Shown here piece after piece: positions 29,705 through 39,526 of a stretch of 64,000 bases of DNA. Made by a program: the position numbers and the translations under genes. The notes beneath the pieces are model-generated. The model did no database searches. It saw only the letters and a list, made by a program, of their open reading frames with translations, and was not told where the DNA came from. Origin of the DNA: Minisyncoccota bacterium (GTDB lineage Bacteria > Patescibacteriota > Minisyncoccia > Phycocordibacterales > UBA2100); contig JAYWCB010000013.1 of the NCBI GenBank assembly GCA_043780835.1, positions 13,512-77,511 on the forward strand, given 5' to 3'. Within the stretch, counting starts at the first letter, position 1. Every line of letters starts with the position of its first letter.

Positions 29705-30976
29705 ATGAAGCTTCCGAAACGCATACATATGGTGGGTATCGGCGGCATCGGTATGTCTGCGCTCGCGCAGTATTTGGTGCACACAGGGTACGAAATCACC
29801 GGTGAAGACCGCGATCAATCGCCGACCACTGATTTACTCGAAGCAAAAGGAATCGAAGTTTCAATTGGCACGGGAGTCCACGCAGACGCGGGGATGATTA
29901 TTTACAGTGATGCAATTCAGTCTGAACATCCTTCGCGCATCTATGCCAAAGACGCGGGACTACCTGAACTTTCGTACTTCGAAGCGCTTGGCGAAGTTTC
30001 AAAAAAAGCTCGCACCATTGCAGTAGCCGGTACACACGGGAAAACCACGACCACCGGCATGCTCGCAAAGATCTTGCAGCACGCAGGAAAAGAGCCGACG
30101 GCGATCGTCGGATCAATCGTGCGCGATTTTGAATCCAATTTCTTACCGGGCAAACCTGATTTGTTTGTGGTGGAAGCATGCGAGTATCGCGACCATTTGT
30201 TGAAACTCACGCCCTCAATACTGGTGATTACAAATCTCGAGCTCGATCACACGGATTACTTTCCCTCGATTGAGGCATTGCAAGAAACATTTCGCACCGC
30301 GATAAAAGCCGTGCCATACGACGGCGCGATTATCACCAATCCGAATGACACGATTATTGCTGCGGCACTTGATGGCGCCATTGCACCCGTAATCGATTAC
30401 ACCGGAACCCCTGTGCCGCATTTAAATCAAATTGGAGATTTCAATAAAGAGAACGCGCGTGCTGCGAAAACTGCGGCAAAAGTCGCGTTTCCTGATCTTG
30501 AAGAGAATGTAATTGATGATGCGCTCGCCGCATTTAAAGGCTCATGGCGACGATTTGAATATCGGGGGGAGACACCACGCGGTGCATTGGTATACGACGA
30601 CTATGCGCATCACCCAACAGCGATAGAGAAGACCATTACAGCAGCGCGTGAAAGGTTTCCTGCAAAAGAAATTGTTGTTGCGTTTCATCCGCATCTCTAC
30701 AGCAGAACAAAATCGTTCTTCGAACCATTTGCAGAAGCGCTCGCACGTGCAGACCGAACATATATCGCACCGATATACGCTGCTCGCGAAACGCCGGACC
30801 CATCGGTTTCGAGCGAGGCACTTGCGGAGCGCGCGACCGATAAGGGAGGGAATGTAATTGCACTTCCATCTTTCGATACGATTCGCGAGAAGCTTCTCGA
30901 AGAAGACGAAAACTCGCTCATTATTACAATGGGGGCGGGGGATATTTACAAGGTTGCGGAACAAATCGCTGATTGA
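29705..30976 (+). CDS. murC: UDP-MurNAc--L-alanine ligase
   Basis: GIGGIGMSALA, AGTHGKTTT, DDYAHHP, MGAGDI. Confidence 0.95.
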   Translation: MKLPKRIHMVGIGGIGMSALAQYLVHTGYEITGEDRDQSPTTDLLEAKGIEVSIGTGVHADAGMIIYSDAIQSEHPSRIYAKDAGLPELSYFEALGEVSKKARTIAVAGTHGKTTTTGMLAKILQHAGKEPTAIVGSIVRDFESNFLPGKPDLFVVEACEYRDHLLKLTPSILVITNLELDHTDYFPSIEALQETFRTAIKAVPYDGAIITNPNDTIIAAALDGAIAPVIDYTGTPVPHLNQIGDFNKENARAAKTAAKVAFPDLEENVIDDALAAFKGSWRRFEYRGETPRGALVYDDYAHHPTAIEKTITAARERFPAKEIVVAFHPHLYSRTKSFFEPFAEALARADRTYIAPIYAARETPDPSVSSEALAERATDKGGNVIALPSFDTIREKLLEEDENSLIITMGAGDIYKVAEQIAD

Positions 30977-30978
30977 GT

Positions 30979-31413
30979 ATGGAACCAATCGCCGGAAAGA
31001 AGAGGCTCGTCGCAGCATATGTGGCTTATAGAAGACGCGGTGAGGAGTATGAATTTTATTTGCAAAAACGTGATGCAAATGCACCTCGGGGCGCAGGAAT
31101 GTTCGGTGTCTTTGGCGGAGGAGTAGACGAGGGTGAGTCGATAGAAGCCGGGTTGTATCGTGAGGTCGCGGAAGAGCTCCGCTATCGGCCAGTTGCGATT
31201 CGCTATTTCAGCCGATACGAACACGCACAGAATCTTATGCATGCATTTATAGAGGAGGTTGGGACGGAATTTGAAACGAAGATTGAGGTGTGCGAAGGCG
31301 AATACGGTAAGTTCTTCACAGCGAGTGAGGCTCGCGCAGAGCCGACAGCATCAGATACGGTAAGGTTGATTACATTGCAGGTCTCGGAGTATCTCGCGCA
31401 GAAAGGTGATTAG
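30979..31413 (+). CDS. NUDIX hydrolase
   Basis: GGGVDEGESIEAGLYREVAEEL Nudix box. Confidence 0.88.
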   Translation: MEPIAGKKRLVAAYVAYRRRGEEYEFYLQKRDANAPRGAGMFGVFGGGVDEGESIEAGLYREVAEELRYRPVAIRYFSRYEHAQNLMHAFIEEVGTEFETKIEVCEGEYGKFFTASEARAEPTASDTVRLITLQVSEYLAQKGD

Positions 31414-31428
31414 TGGTAGCGTCGAGGC

Positions 31429-32151
31429 ATGAACGAAGGCGCGAGTGAAGATTCAGAGAACCCGAACCCGAATGGGCGGCTCTCGGTTGTAGCTACTCCC
31501 ATCGGAAACATGGGGGATATTACATTTCGGGGACTCTGGAATCTCAAAGAGGCGAATGTGATTTACGCAGAAGATACGAGGGTTACGTCGAAGCTCCTCG
31601 CGCACTACGGTCTTCGCACGTCGCTCCAACGCCTCGACGCGGCAACCGAAGGAAAAAAGGGACCAGAAATTGCTGATCGACTCGCGGCAGGGGAACATGT
31701 GGCACTTGTGACGGATGCGGGCACGCCAGGGATTTCCGACCCGGGTTCGCGTCTGATTGCATACATTCGAGAACACGCGCCACTCGCAGTTATTGATGCC
31801 ATTCCCGGTGCAAGCGCACTTACTGCCGCGCTTTCAATTGCGGGTATTGATGCAACGCAATTTACATTTCTTGGATTTCTGCCGCACAAAAAAGGTCGTC
31901 AAACAGCGGTAACAAATATCTCGAAAAGCACGATACCGGTTGTGCTTTATGAATCGCCGCATCGCGTCCTGAAACTCCTTGCCGAAATCCAAAAGGCGGC
32001 ACCGAAGTTTCGCGTGACCATTGCCCGTGAAATCACGAAGATGCACGAAGAAGTGCTTGTGGGCACTGCTTCGGAGCTTGCGGCAGCGCTCGAAAAGAAG
32101 AAAGGAGTACGAGGGGAATTTGTGGTCATACTTGAACCCGTTAAAAAATAG
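31429..32151 (+). CDS. rsmI: 16S rRNA C1402 2'-O-methyltransferase
   Basis: VATPIGNMGDIT, AEDTR, DAGTPGISDPG, YESPHR, REITKMHEE. Confidence 0.95.
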   Translation: MNEGASEDSENPNPNGRLSVVATPIGNMGDITFRGLWNLKEANVIYAEDTRVTSKLLAHYGLRTSLQRLDAATEGKKGPEIADRLAAGEHVALVTDAGTPGISDPGSRLIAYIREHAPLAVIDAIPGASALTAALSIAGIDATQFTFLGFLPHKKGRQTAVTNISKSTIPVVLYESPHRVLKLLAEIQKAAPKFRVTIAREITKMHEEVLVGTASELAAALEKKKGVRGEFVVILEPVKK

Positions 32152-32214
32152 GAAGCACTATTGCCACAGTGCTTCATAATTGGAGCCGTTTATCCGACGG
32201 GGTATACTCGTGCC

Positions 32215-32439
32215 ATGACACTCGATTCTTTGATCATGCTGTGTGGAGCGCTCGTGGCAATTCTGCCGTTTCTCGGATTTCCGAATAGCTGGGATGCGGT
32301 CATTCTTTTGATACTTGGCGTGATAGTGATTTCACTCGGAATTGTGGTGCGGCGACGTTCGCCGCGTCGTGCCATGCATGAGCGCGATTCCATATTTGTA
32401 GAAAATTCTCCAAAACAAGACGACTCGCATGAGTCGTAA
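32215..32439 (+). CDS. Small two-TM membrane protein
   Basis: ILPFLGFPNSW; TATACT-6 nt-ATG. Confidence 0.75.
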   Translation: MTLDSLIMLCGALVAILPFLGFPNSWDAVILLILGVIVISLGIVVRRRSPRRAMHERDSIFVENSPKQDDSHES

Positions 32440-33541
32440 GGCGGAGCACGCGGAACGTTTTAGCCCGATGGTACTCGGTGCGATAACCGGTTTTGCAATC
32501 GTCGTTATCGTTATCGGTGTTTCGACGACTTTCTTTTTTAGCGCATCACCAATTTCGTTTTCGCGGACTGCAACCTCAACGCCACCGGTGAAGATCGACA
32601 CACGACCCGTACTTAATACGCATGCCTACGATGTAAAACTACTTTCGATGGCGCATATCGCAACATCCAGTCCGTACTACGGTCGATTTTTAAAGAACGA
32701 TTTCGGTACGTCATCTCGACCTACGTGGCCAGTGAAAACTGCATATCCGAAAGCGGGCGCGCTCCTGCCGTTTAATCGAATCGTCGCATATTACGGCAAT
32801 TTTTATTCCAAGGGCATGGGTGTGCTCGGCGAATATCCTGAAGATGTAATGCTTGCAAAGCTCCATACCGAATCCTCTCGATGGGAAGCGGCAGATCCCG
32901 CAACGCCAGTTATTCCGGCCATCCACTACATTGTAGAAACCGCACAAAGTTCTGCCGGGAAAGAAGGGCTCTACCTTGCACGTATGCCTGATAGTCAAAT
33001 CGATAAAGCGCTCGCAATAGCCGACAAAATCCATGGCATCGTGTTTATAGATTTCCAGGTCTCGCTGAGTTCCTTGCAAAAAGAGCTGCCCATGTACGAG
33101 GAGTATTTGAAAAAGCCGAATGTGCACCTTGGTATCGATCCCGAGTTCTCGATGAAAACCCGCGTTGCTCCCGGGCGTGAGATCGGTTCATTTGACGCAG
33201 CGGATATCAATTATGCGATTGATTTTTTGGCCAAACTCGTAAAAGACAACGATCTGCCGCCGAAAATCCTCGTGGTACATCGCTTTACACTGGATATGGT
33301 CACGAATTACAAACGCATTAAAACGGTCCCAGAAGTACAGTTTGTAATGGATATGGACGGTTGGGGATCAACCGCCAAGAAAAACGGCACATACCAACGC
33401 GTTATTGTTCCGGAACCGGTGCAGTTTACCGGCTTCAAACTGTTTTATAAAAACGATCTATTTGCACCATCGACAGGAATATTTACTCCTGCGGAGCTCC
33501 TCAAGATGACGCCGCAGCCGATGTACATTCAGTATCAATAA
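32429..33541 (+). CDS. Membrane-anchored extracellular protein, possible glycoside-hydrolase-like barrel
   Basis: N-terminal TM; RIVAYYG, HLGIDPEF, MDGWG motifs. Confidence 0.75.
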   Translation: MSRKAEHAERFSPMVLGAITGFAIVVIVIGVSTTFFFSASPISFSRTATSTPPVKIDTRPVLNTHAYDVKLLSMAHIATSSPYYGRFLKNDFGTSSRPTWPVKTAYPKAGALLPFNRIVAYYGNFYSKGMGVLGEYPEDVMLAKLHTESSRWEAADPATPVIPAIHYIVETAQSSAGKEGLYLARMPDSQIDKALAIADKIHGIVFIDFQVSLSSLQKELPMYEEYLKKPNVHLGIDPEFSMKTRVAPGREIGSFDAADINYAIDFLAKLVKDNDLPPKILVVHRFTLDMVTNYKRIKTVPEVQFVMDMDGWGSTAKKNGTYQRVIVPEPVQFTGFKLFYKNDLFAPSTGIFTPAELLKMTPQPMYIQYQ

Positions 33542-33580
33542 TTGAACGTACTCGCGAAGCGCTTTTGATATACTGGCGAC

Positions 33581-35749
33581 ATGGCGGATCACTCACACCA
33601 CGACGAGCACGATCACGGCGCAGCAAAGCCGGTGCACATGGATCATGCAAACGATGATCGCCGCATTACGTATTTTGCCGCAACGCACACACGCGGAAAG
33701 CGCGACATGTTTGGCATTCGGGCAATTGATCGCGGAAAACATATTTACGTTATCGGTAAAACCGGTATGGGTAAATCCACCATGCTTGAGAACATGGCTA
33801 TTCAGGATATCCAAAACGGCGAAGGAATCGCATTTATCGATCCGCACGGATCGACTGCCGAAAAACTGCTCGATTTCATTCCGCAGGAGCGCATCAATGA
33901 CGTTGTGTATCTTGCACCGTTCGATACGGACTATCCGATGGGATTCAACGTCATGGAGGACGTGGGATACGACAAGCGGCATCTCATTGTGTCGGGATTG
34001 ATGGGTGCATTCGAGCGCATTTGGGAAGATCAGTGGAGTGCTCGTATGGCATACATTCTGCAGAATGTAATGCTCGCGCTTTTGGAATATCCAGACTCAT
34101 CGCTCCTCGATGTAAACCGCATGCTCACCAACAAAACGTTTCGCGAAGCGGTTATTGAAAAAGTAACCGATCCGATCGTGAAAGCATTTTGGACAGAGGA
34201 GTTTGCAAGCTTTACGGATCGTTACACCGCAGAGGCAACGCCTGCAATTCAAAACAAAATCGGTCAGTTCATCGCAAATCCGCTCATTCGACACATCGTC
34301 GGACAATCGACGTCGTCATTTGATCTTCGTAAGATCATGGATGAGAAAAAGATTTTTATCGTGAACTTATCGAAAGGCCGCATGGGCGAAACCAATGCAG
34401 CGCTTCTCGGCTCCATGCTCACGGTGAAAATTTATCTCGCGGCCATGTCGCGCGCAGATGAGCCGGCATCGCGAATGGCAAAATTGCCGCGCTTCTATTT
34501 CTACGTCGATGAATTCCAGTCGATGATGAATAAGGCATTTGCCGATATTCTCTCTGAATCCCGAAAATATAAACTCGCCCTTACGCTTGCTAACCAATAT
34601 ATAGAGCAAATGGATGAAGAGGTGCGAGACGCGGTGTTTGGCAACGTAGGCACGTTAATCGTGTTTCGTGTAGGTCCGTTCGATGCGGAAGTGCTCGAGA
34701 CTGTATTCCAACCGACCTTTTTACCGGAAGACTTAGTCGGACTTGGTATCGGACAAATTTATCTCACACTGATGATCGATGGTGTGGGTAGTCCGCCGTT
34801 TTCAGCGGAAACAATTCCGCCGATCGAAGCGCCGTCGATTTCATATCGCAACGATGTAGTTATGGCGTCGCGCGCGCATTATAGTCGCAGTCGCGAGGAA
34901 GTCGTCGCAGAAATCAACCGAAAGCAGACTGAATTTGTGGCACCTCCGAAAGAAAAGAAAGGCGAGCGACGTGATGCGCCTCGTTCATCCAACGGATGGA
35001 ACGCGGCACCCCAAGGTGGTACCACGCCACGAGAAAAGTTCGCCGCGGCAGCACCGGCAAGCGCATCGCTCAGCATGCCACTACAGAGCCCGCCTCCGCA
35101 GAGCTCCTTGAGCGAAAAGATACAGCAAATACAACACGCTCCGCGTCCTGTACAACAATACGCGCGTCCTGCGGACAGAGCACCGGAACGTGCCGGACAT
35201 GTAAACCCGATGGCCGTGCGCCAAACCCCGCAAACGCCGCGACCATTTAATCTGCAGTCCAAGCGTGAGGCTGAGGGGAACGTGCACCGGAACGCTTTGA
35301 AAGACGCAATCGAAAAAGCGAAGGGCGAAAAGCAGATTCGCGAATCTGCGCCGGGAACACCTGCCAAATCGCCGCTCGAACTCATTCGCGAAAAAAACGC
35401 ATCCAAAATGCAACAACACCGGCCGCATGATTCGCAGTCGCCGCGTCACAACCCGCCGGCGCAACACGAGCAAAAACAACGCGACTGGGAACCCGCACAT
35501 TCTGCTCACGTGAGAAAACCGGATACTCAAACCGCGCCAGTCGAAACAAAAATCCCAGAAAAGTCTGCCGAAACCATTCGCGAGCGTCCCGTATCGGAAG
35601 TGAAGCCTGAACAACAGCAAGCGCAAAATCAAACGCAAACGGGCAACAGATCAAATTCATATACGCCCGAGGCTCATCACGGAGAAGTCTCGCATCGTGA
35701 ATTGCAACGAGTACTCAACGGTTCCGACCGCGACTCGGATGATCTATGA
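33581..35749 (+). CDS. VirD4/TraD-like (HerA/FtsK superfamily) ATPase with long disordered C-tail
   Basis: GKTGMGKST Walker A, IDPHG, YVDEFQ Walker B, SESRKY, ANQY. Confidence 0.9.
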   Translation: MADHSHHDEHDHGAAKPVHMDHANDDRRITYFAATHTRGKRDMFGIRAIDRGKHIYVIGKTGMGKSTMLENMAIQDIQNGEGIAFIDPHGSTAEKLLDFIPQERINDVVYLAPFDTDYPMGFNVMEDVGYDKRHLIVSGLMGAFERIWEDQWSARMAYILQNVMLALLEYPDSSLLDVNRMLTNKTFREAVIEKVTDPIVKAFWTEEFASFTDRYTAEATPAIQNKIGQFIANPLIRHIVGQSTSSFDLRKIMDEKKIFIVNLSKGRMGETNAALLGSMLTVKIYLAAMSRADEPASRMAKLPRFYFYVDEFQSMMNKAFADILSESRKYKLALTLANQYIEQMDEEVRDAVFGNVGTLIVFRVGPFDAEVLETVFQPTFLPEDLVGLGIGQIYLTLMIDGVGSPPFSAETIPPIEAPSISYRNDVVMASRAHYSRSREEVVAEINRKQTEFVAPPKEKKGERRDAPRSSNGWNAAPQGGTTPREKFAAAAPASASLSMPLQSPPPQSSLSEKIQQIQHAPRPVQQYARPADRAPERAGHVNPMAVRQTPQTPRPFNLQSKREAEGNVHRNALKDAIEKAKGEKQIRESAPGTPAKSPLELIREKNASKMQQHRPHDSQSPRHNPPAQHEQKQRDWEPAHSAHVRKPDTQTAPVETKIPEKSAETIRERPVSEVKPEQQQAQNQTQTGNRSNSYTPEAHHGEVSHRELQRVLNGSDRDSDDL

Positions 35750-36465
35750 GTCTTGAGCGTCCAGATCCGATGCGATCGTCGATTCGTCCTGCGTCGACGA
35801 GGAATCTCAATAAAATTGGTGCGAACCCACGCGGGCACGGCATATACAAGGATACAGAGGGTCGTATATATCACGAAATCAAAGGATATCCAGCAGACCA
35901 GATGCTTGTCTCCCGAATGCTAAAAGGAATAGTTAATGTGTGCGATGTTATTTATAACAAGGATCGCGACCTCTACATGTCGAATCAAGTCGACATGAAT
36001 ACGGTGGCGCCACAAGACCCTGGGCAGGTGTATGCGCAGGCCAAGGCCGACGAGGATATTCTCATGTTCATTTTTAATGATGCTGATCACGGAAGCAGTA
36101 ACTATGTGGTATCCGAATTTGCATATGTTTTACACGACTTCGGGAACGTGGGTTCGCATTTTTGGAAGAGAGGGGAAGATATGAACGCAACTGTAGTTGC
36201 GGCAATGAATCTCGGTAGTGAGCGTGATGCGTTGCGTGTACGCGTAGAAAAGCTATCAACGCGCTTTTCCGGTGATGAGGGATACAAATTTATCAATGCA
36301 ATAGTTTTAGAAATCAAAGAAAGTGGAGCTGAAACACCAAGTATTCTACGTTTCGCCTCAGATTCCTCTGATCCCGTGCGTGCTTTTCAGGCTCAATTAT
36401 TGCAGCGTCTAGATAATATAAGTTCGGCGATTGCAGCGTATGAACAAACTATTCACAGTGACTAA
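35746..36465 (+). CDS. Hypothetical protein, HipA/PI-kinase-like motifs
   Basis: FNDADH..N..LHDFG; ATGA-coupled to the upstream ATPase. Confidence 0.65.
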   Translation: MSLERPDPMRSSIRPASTRNLNKIGANPRGHGIYKDTEGRIYHEIKGYPADQMLVSRMLKGIVNVCDVIYNKDRDLYMSNQVDMNTVAPQDPGQVYAQAKADEDILMFIFNDADHGSSNYVVSEFAYVLHDFGNVGSHFWKRGEDMNATVVAAMNLGSERDALRVRVEKLSTRFSGDEGYKFINAIVLEIKESGAETPSILRFASDSSDPVRAFQAQLLQRLDNISSAIAAYEQTIHSD

Positions 36466-37315
36466 AACATCGGCACTTCTGTTCATATGTGCATTGTCGC
36501 TACCCGCGACGGCGGGCGCTGCTATTCGTATCACGGAAATCATGTATGACCCGGACGGCGCCGATGCGAAGCATGAATGGGTGGAGATATATAACACAGG
36601 TAGCGACGCAGTGGATCTTTCGAAATATAAATTCTCGGACACATCGGCACATGTATTGAATGCACCGCCAAAAAACGGCGGAACAGGATCCCTTGTGATT
36701 CCCGCGGGGAGCTTTGCGGTCCTTGCGTCTGATGCTGCGACATTCTCGCTCGAGTATCCCGGCAGAGCCCTAGTTATCGACACCGCCATGAATTTGAGAA
36801 ATTCTGGATCAACCATCCTACTGACGAACGGCACAACTCTGGTGGATAGTGCGACATATGCAAAATCTGAGGGGGCAGCGGGAAACGGCAATTCACTCCA
36901 GTTGAATGGAACTACATGGATTCATGCGAAACCGACACCGGGCGAAGCGAATGCCACTCTGCCGTCAGTGACTATTGCGCCGATTGTGGCGTCCAAGACT
37001 GTGAAGATACAGAAAGCGCAGAAAGTACAGAAAGTACAGAAACTCCAGGCCGAGCCGAAGCAAAAGTTGTCGCAAAAGAAAAGCCGACAAAAGAAACCCA
37101 TAGCAATCTCCGAAGCAGAGGCCGCGGCGAATGATCCGGTCGCGGTCGTAAATGTAACGTCGACAGAAGTAGTCGCGCAAACTGCAGCAGCAGGATCCCT
37201 TGGCGGCTCGTACTGGTGGATCGCCGCAGCCGCACTTGCGATCACGGTTGCTGCGACCGCAACGATTATGTCCCGATCCAAAAAACAGGAATGGGATATT
37301 GAGGAAATCGAGTAG
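36440..37315 (+). CDS. Lamin-tail-domain surface protein with C-terminal TM anchor
   Basis: Signal peptide, ITEIMYDP..EWVEIYN, PTPG; QKx tandem repeat about 37010-37048. Confidence 0.88.
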   Translation: MNKLFTVTKTSALLFICALSLPATAGAAIRITEIMYDPDGADAKHEWVEIYNTGSDAVDLSKYKFSDTSAHVLNAPPKNGGTGSLVIPAGSFAVLASDAATFSLEYPGRALVIDTAMNLRNSGSTILLTNGTTLVDSATYAKSEGAAGNGNSLQLNGTTWIHAKPTPGEANATLPSVTIAPIVASKTVKIQKAQKVQKVQKLQAEPKQKLSQKKSRQKKPIAISEAEAAANDPVAVVNVTSTEVVAQTAAAGSLGGSYWWIAAAALAITVAATATIMSRSKKQEWDIEEIE

Positions 37316-37335
37316 TACGTGTACGCTGTTCCGAT

Positions 37336-38229
37336 ATGGCCGCACACGAGACTGATTTGAAAGAAGCGGTACTTGTTACCGGCGGGGCAGGACTTATCGG
37401 AACGCACTTGGTCAAATTGCTGCTCGACAAAGGGTACCGCGTCGTATCGCTCGATAATTACTTCATCGGCTCCAAAGATAATCACGTACCCGGTGTCGAG
37501 TACATCGAGGGGCACACGAAAGACATTGAAACATTGTTCGGGCACGAAAACCCAAAACTTATTATTCACCTGGGTGAATACTCGCGTGTGGAGCAGAGCT
37601 TCGAAGACTTGGAATTAGTATGGCAAAGCAATGTGCATGGCACACACTGTGTATTTGAATACTGGAGAAAGCGAGGTTGCAAACTTGTGTACGCAGGATC
37701 GAGTACAAAATTCGCCGATGGTGGGCTTGGGCGTGATCAGAGTCCGTATGCGTGGATGAAGGCGAGTAATACCGAACTCGTCGGCAACTACGGTAAATGG
37801 TTCAACCTTCCGTATGCGATTACGTACTTTTATAACGCGTACGGGGCGCAAGAGCTTGCAACCGGTCCGTATGCGTCGGTGATCGGTCGATTCAAATCAC
37901 AATATTTTGCGGGCGATCCGATCACGGTGCGTGCTCCCGGTACGCAAAAAAGAAATTTCACATTCGCGGGTGATATCGCGCGCGGTCTCATGCTCGTGGG
38001 CGAGGGTGGTAATGGCGATGACTATGGACTGGGCTCCCACGAATCACACACAATTCTTGAAATTGCACAGATGTTCGGCGGTGAAATTACGATGCTCGAA
38101 GAGCGTCCCGGAAACCGAATGGATTCTATTTGTGACACCTCTCGTGCCGAAAAAGAATTCGGATGGAAAACAGAGCAAACGGTGGAGCAATACATCGAAA
38201 GTCTCAAGAAGCAGAAGTTGACTGTCTAA
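37336..38229 (+). CDS. NAD-dependent epimerase/dehydratase
   Basis: VTGGAGLIG, SPYAWMK (YxxxK), YFYNAYG, RNFT. Confidence 0.9.
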   Translation: MAAHETDLKEAVLVTGGAGLIGTHLVKLLLDKGYRVVSLDNYFIGSKDNHVPGVEYIEGHTKDIETLFGHENPKLIIHLGEYSRVEQSFEDLELVWQSNVHGTHCVFEYWRKRGCKLVYAGSSTKFADGGLGRDQSPYAWMKASNTELVGNYGKWFNLPYAITYFYNAYGAQELATGPYASVIGRFKSQYFAGDPITVRAPGTQKRNFTFAGDIARGLMLVGEGGNGDDYGLGSHESHTILEIAQMFGGEITMLEERPGNRMDSICDTSRAEKEFGWKTEQTVEQYIESLKKQKLTV

Positions 38230-38270
38230 GCAAAAAATGGTATAAGCCTCACAGAAGATAGGGGGATTTC

Positions 38271-38717
38271 ATGGCCAATTCCTGGCTCTCACAGTCGTTT
38301 ATCGCAGTTATCTTGCTGACACCGCCATGGCTCGCCATGCCGTTTTTCAGCAAGAATTTCGGAGTATCCGGAAGCGTGTTCGCAGTCTGGTACTTTCTCG
38401 GTGCAGCGCTCTCAATCGGGCTTGTACAGGGATCGGTTGCGTTTAAACCGTCCGTCGGCGTCATCGCAGGCATCGTCGCAATTGGAATTGTATTCGGCGG
38501 CGTCGCAAACAGCACGCTTTTTAGTGCGGTAAACGCGGCACCGAATCCGGGCATTCCGATAGCGATCAGCACGGTTTCGAGTCTCACGACATTCATTGCT
38601 GCGGTTGCACTGTTTCGGCTCATGCCGGAATATTTCGCACCCGCAGCACTTGATTGGAAATCATTCGCCGGAGCGATACTCATTATCGCCGGCGCCACAC
38701 TCATCTCAGCGAAATGA
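38271..38717 (+). CDS. DMT/EamA-like small membrane protein
   Basis: 4-5 TM segments, APNPG motif. Confidence 0.7.
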   Translation: MANSWLSQSFIAVILLTPPWLAMPFFSKNFGVSGSVFAVWYFLGAALSIGLVQGSVAFKPSVGVIAGIVAIGIVFGGVANSTLFSAVNAAPNPGIPIAISTVSSLTTFIAAVALFRLMPEYFAPAALDWKSFAGAILIIAGATLISAK

Positions 38718-38729
38718 AGGAAGCTTCAC

Positions 38730-39449
38730 ATGCGTCAAATTGAGATACTCACTCATATCAGCGGATATAATTTGCGCGAGATACCGAAGCTCAAGACGGT
38801 CAATAAGGCCGGTGAGCCGCAACTCATGACCGACGGCGACTGGGAACATGCGTGCATGGGGGATGCGGATACGAATCAGCTCGGCAGAGTGCCTATGGGA
38901 CTGTGGGTTGCTAGAAAGTTCGGCGCAAAGACTGTTATCTTCTCGACCGGTTGCTCACGCCGCGTGAGCGACGGCAAAAGTGAGGCTGAGGTTACCTACG
39001 AGATGGCGCGCGAGCGTTACCATGATCTGCACGGATTTTTTCCGCACCGCTTTTCGAAGCGGATGTGGTCGACCGAGCAGGCGTATCATTCATGGCTCAC
39101 CCGAGTGAGCGTGTTTGATAACGTAAGCAAAAACACGAGTGAATCAATGCAGGTGTTGCAGACGAAAGTCTTGGAAGCCAAGCACCGCCGTCAGCACGTT
39201 GTTGTGTTTCTCGTGACATCAGCCAACCATGCCCCTCGTGTCCTACGTGATGCGGAGTTAGCCTTCGGTATCGGTACTGCATCAGCTGCAGCGTCGTTCA
39301 AGCAATTTGTGACGCTCTGCTCGATACCTGCCGAAACGAATTACGGCAAGCGACAGGTTCAGGACGTCAAGGTTGACGATCTGGGCAACTCACTGTTCAC
39401 CCGCAAGGAATGGCTCGCATTGAGTACGGGAGTGGGGGAAAGTGAATAG
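38730..39449 (+). CDS. Hypothetical protein, DUF218/YdcF-like
   Basis: SEAE, SKNTSES, LVTSANHAPR; terminator 39465-39500. Confidence 0.6.
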   Translation: MRQIEILTHISGYNLREIPKLKTVNKAGEPQLMTDGDWEHACMGDADTNQLGRVPMGLWVARKFGAKTVIFSTGCSRRVSDGKSEAEVTYEMARERYHDLHGFFPHRFSKRMWSTEQAYHSWLTRVSVFDNVSKNTSESMQVLQTKVLEAKHRRQHVVVFLVTSANHAPRVLRDAELAFGIGTASAAASFKQFVTLCSIPAETNYGKRQVQDVKVDDLGNSLFTRKEWLALSTGVGESE

Positions 39450-39526
39450 TTCTATTTAGAAATCAGCAGCGCGGGAGCAATCCCGCGCTGCTTTCTTTTT
39501 GCCTACGGTCCGCTACCATGCGCTGA

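Noticed and set aside
32137-32150. Extra TIR copies (CCCGTTAAA at 32137 and about 60941)
   Set aside because: Partial matches only, with no partner arm or target duplication.
37010-37048. 9-bp tandem repeat (QKA/QKV/QKV/QKL)
   Set aside because: Short in-frame linker repeat; cannot cause frameshift phase variation.
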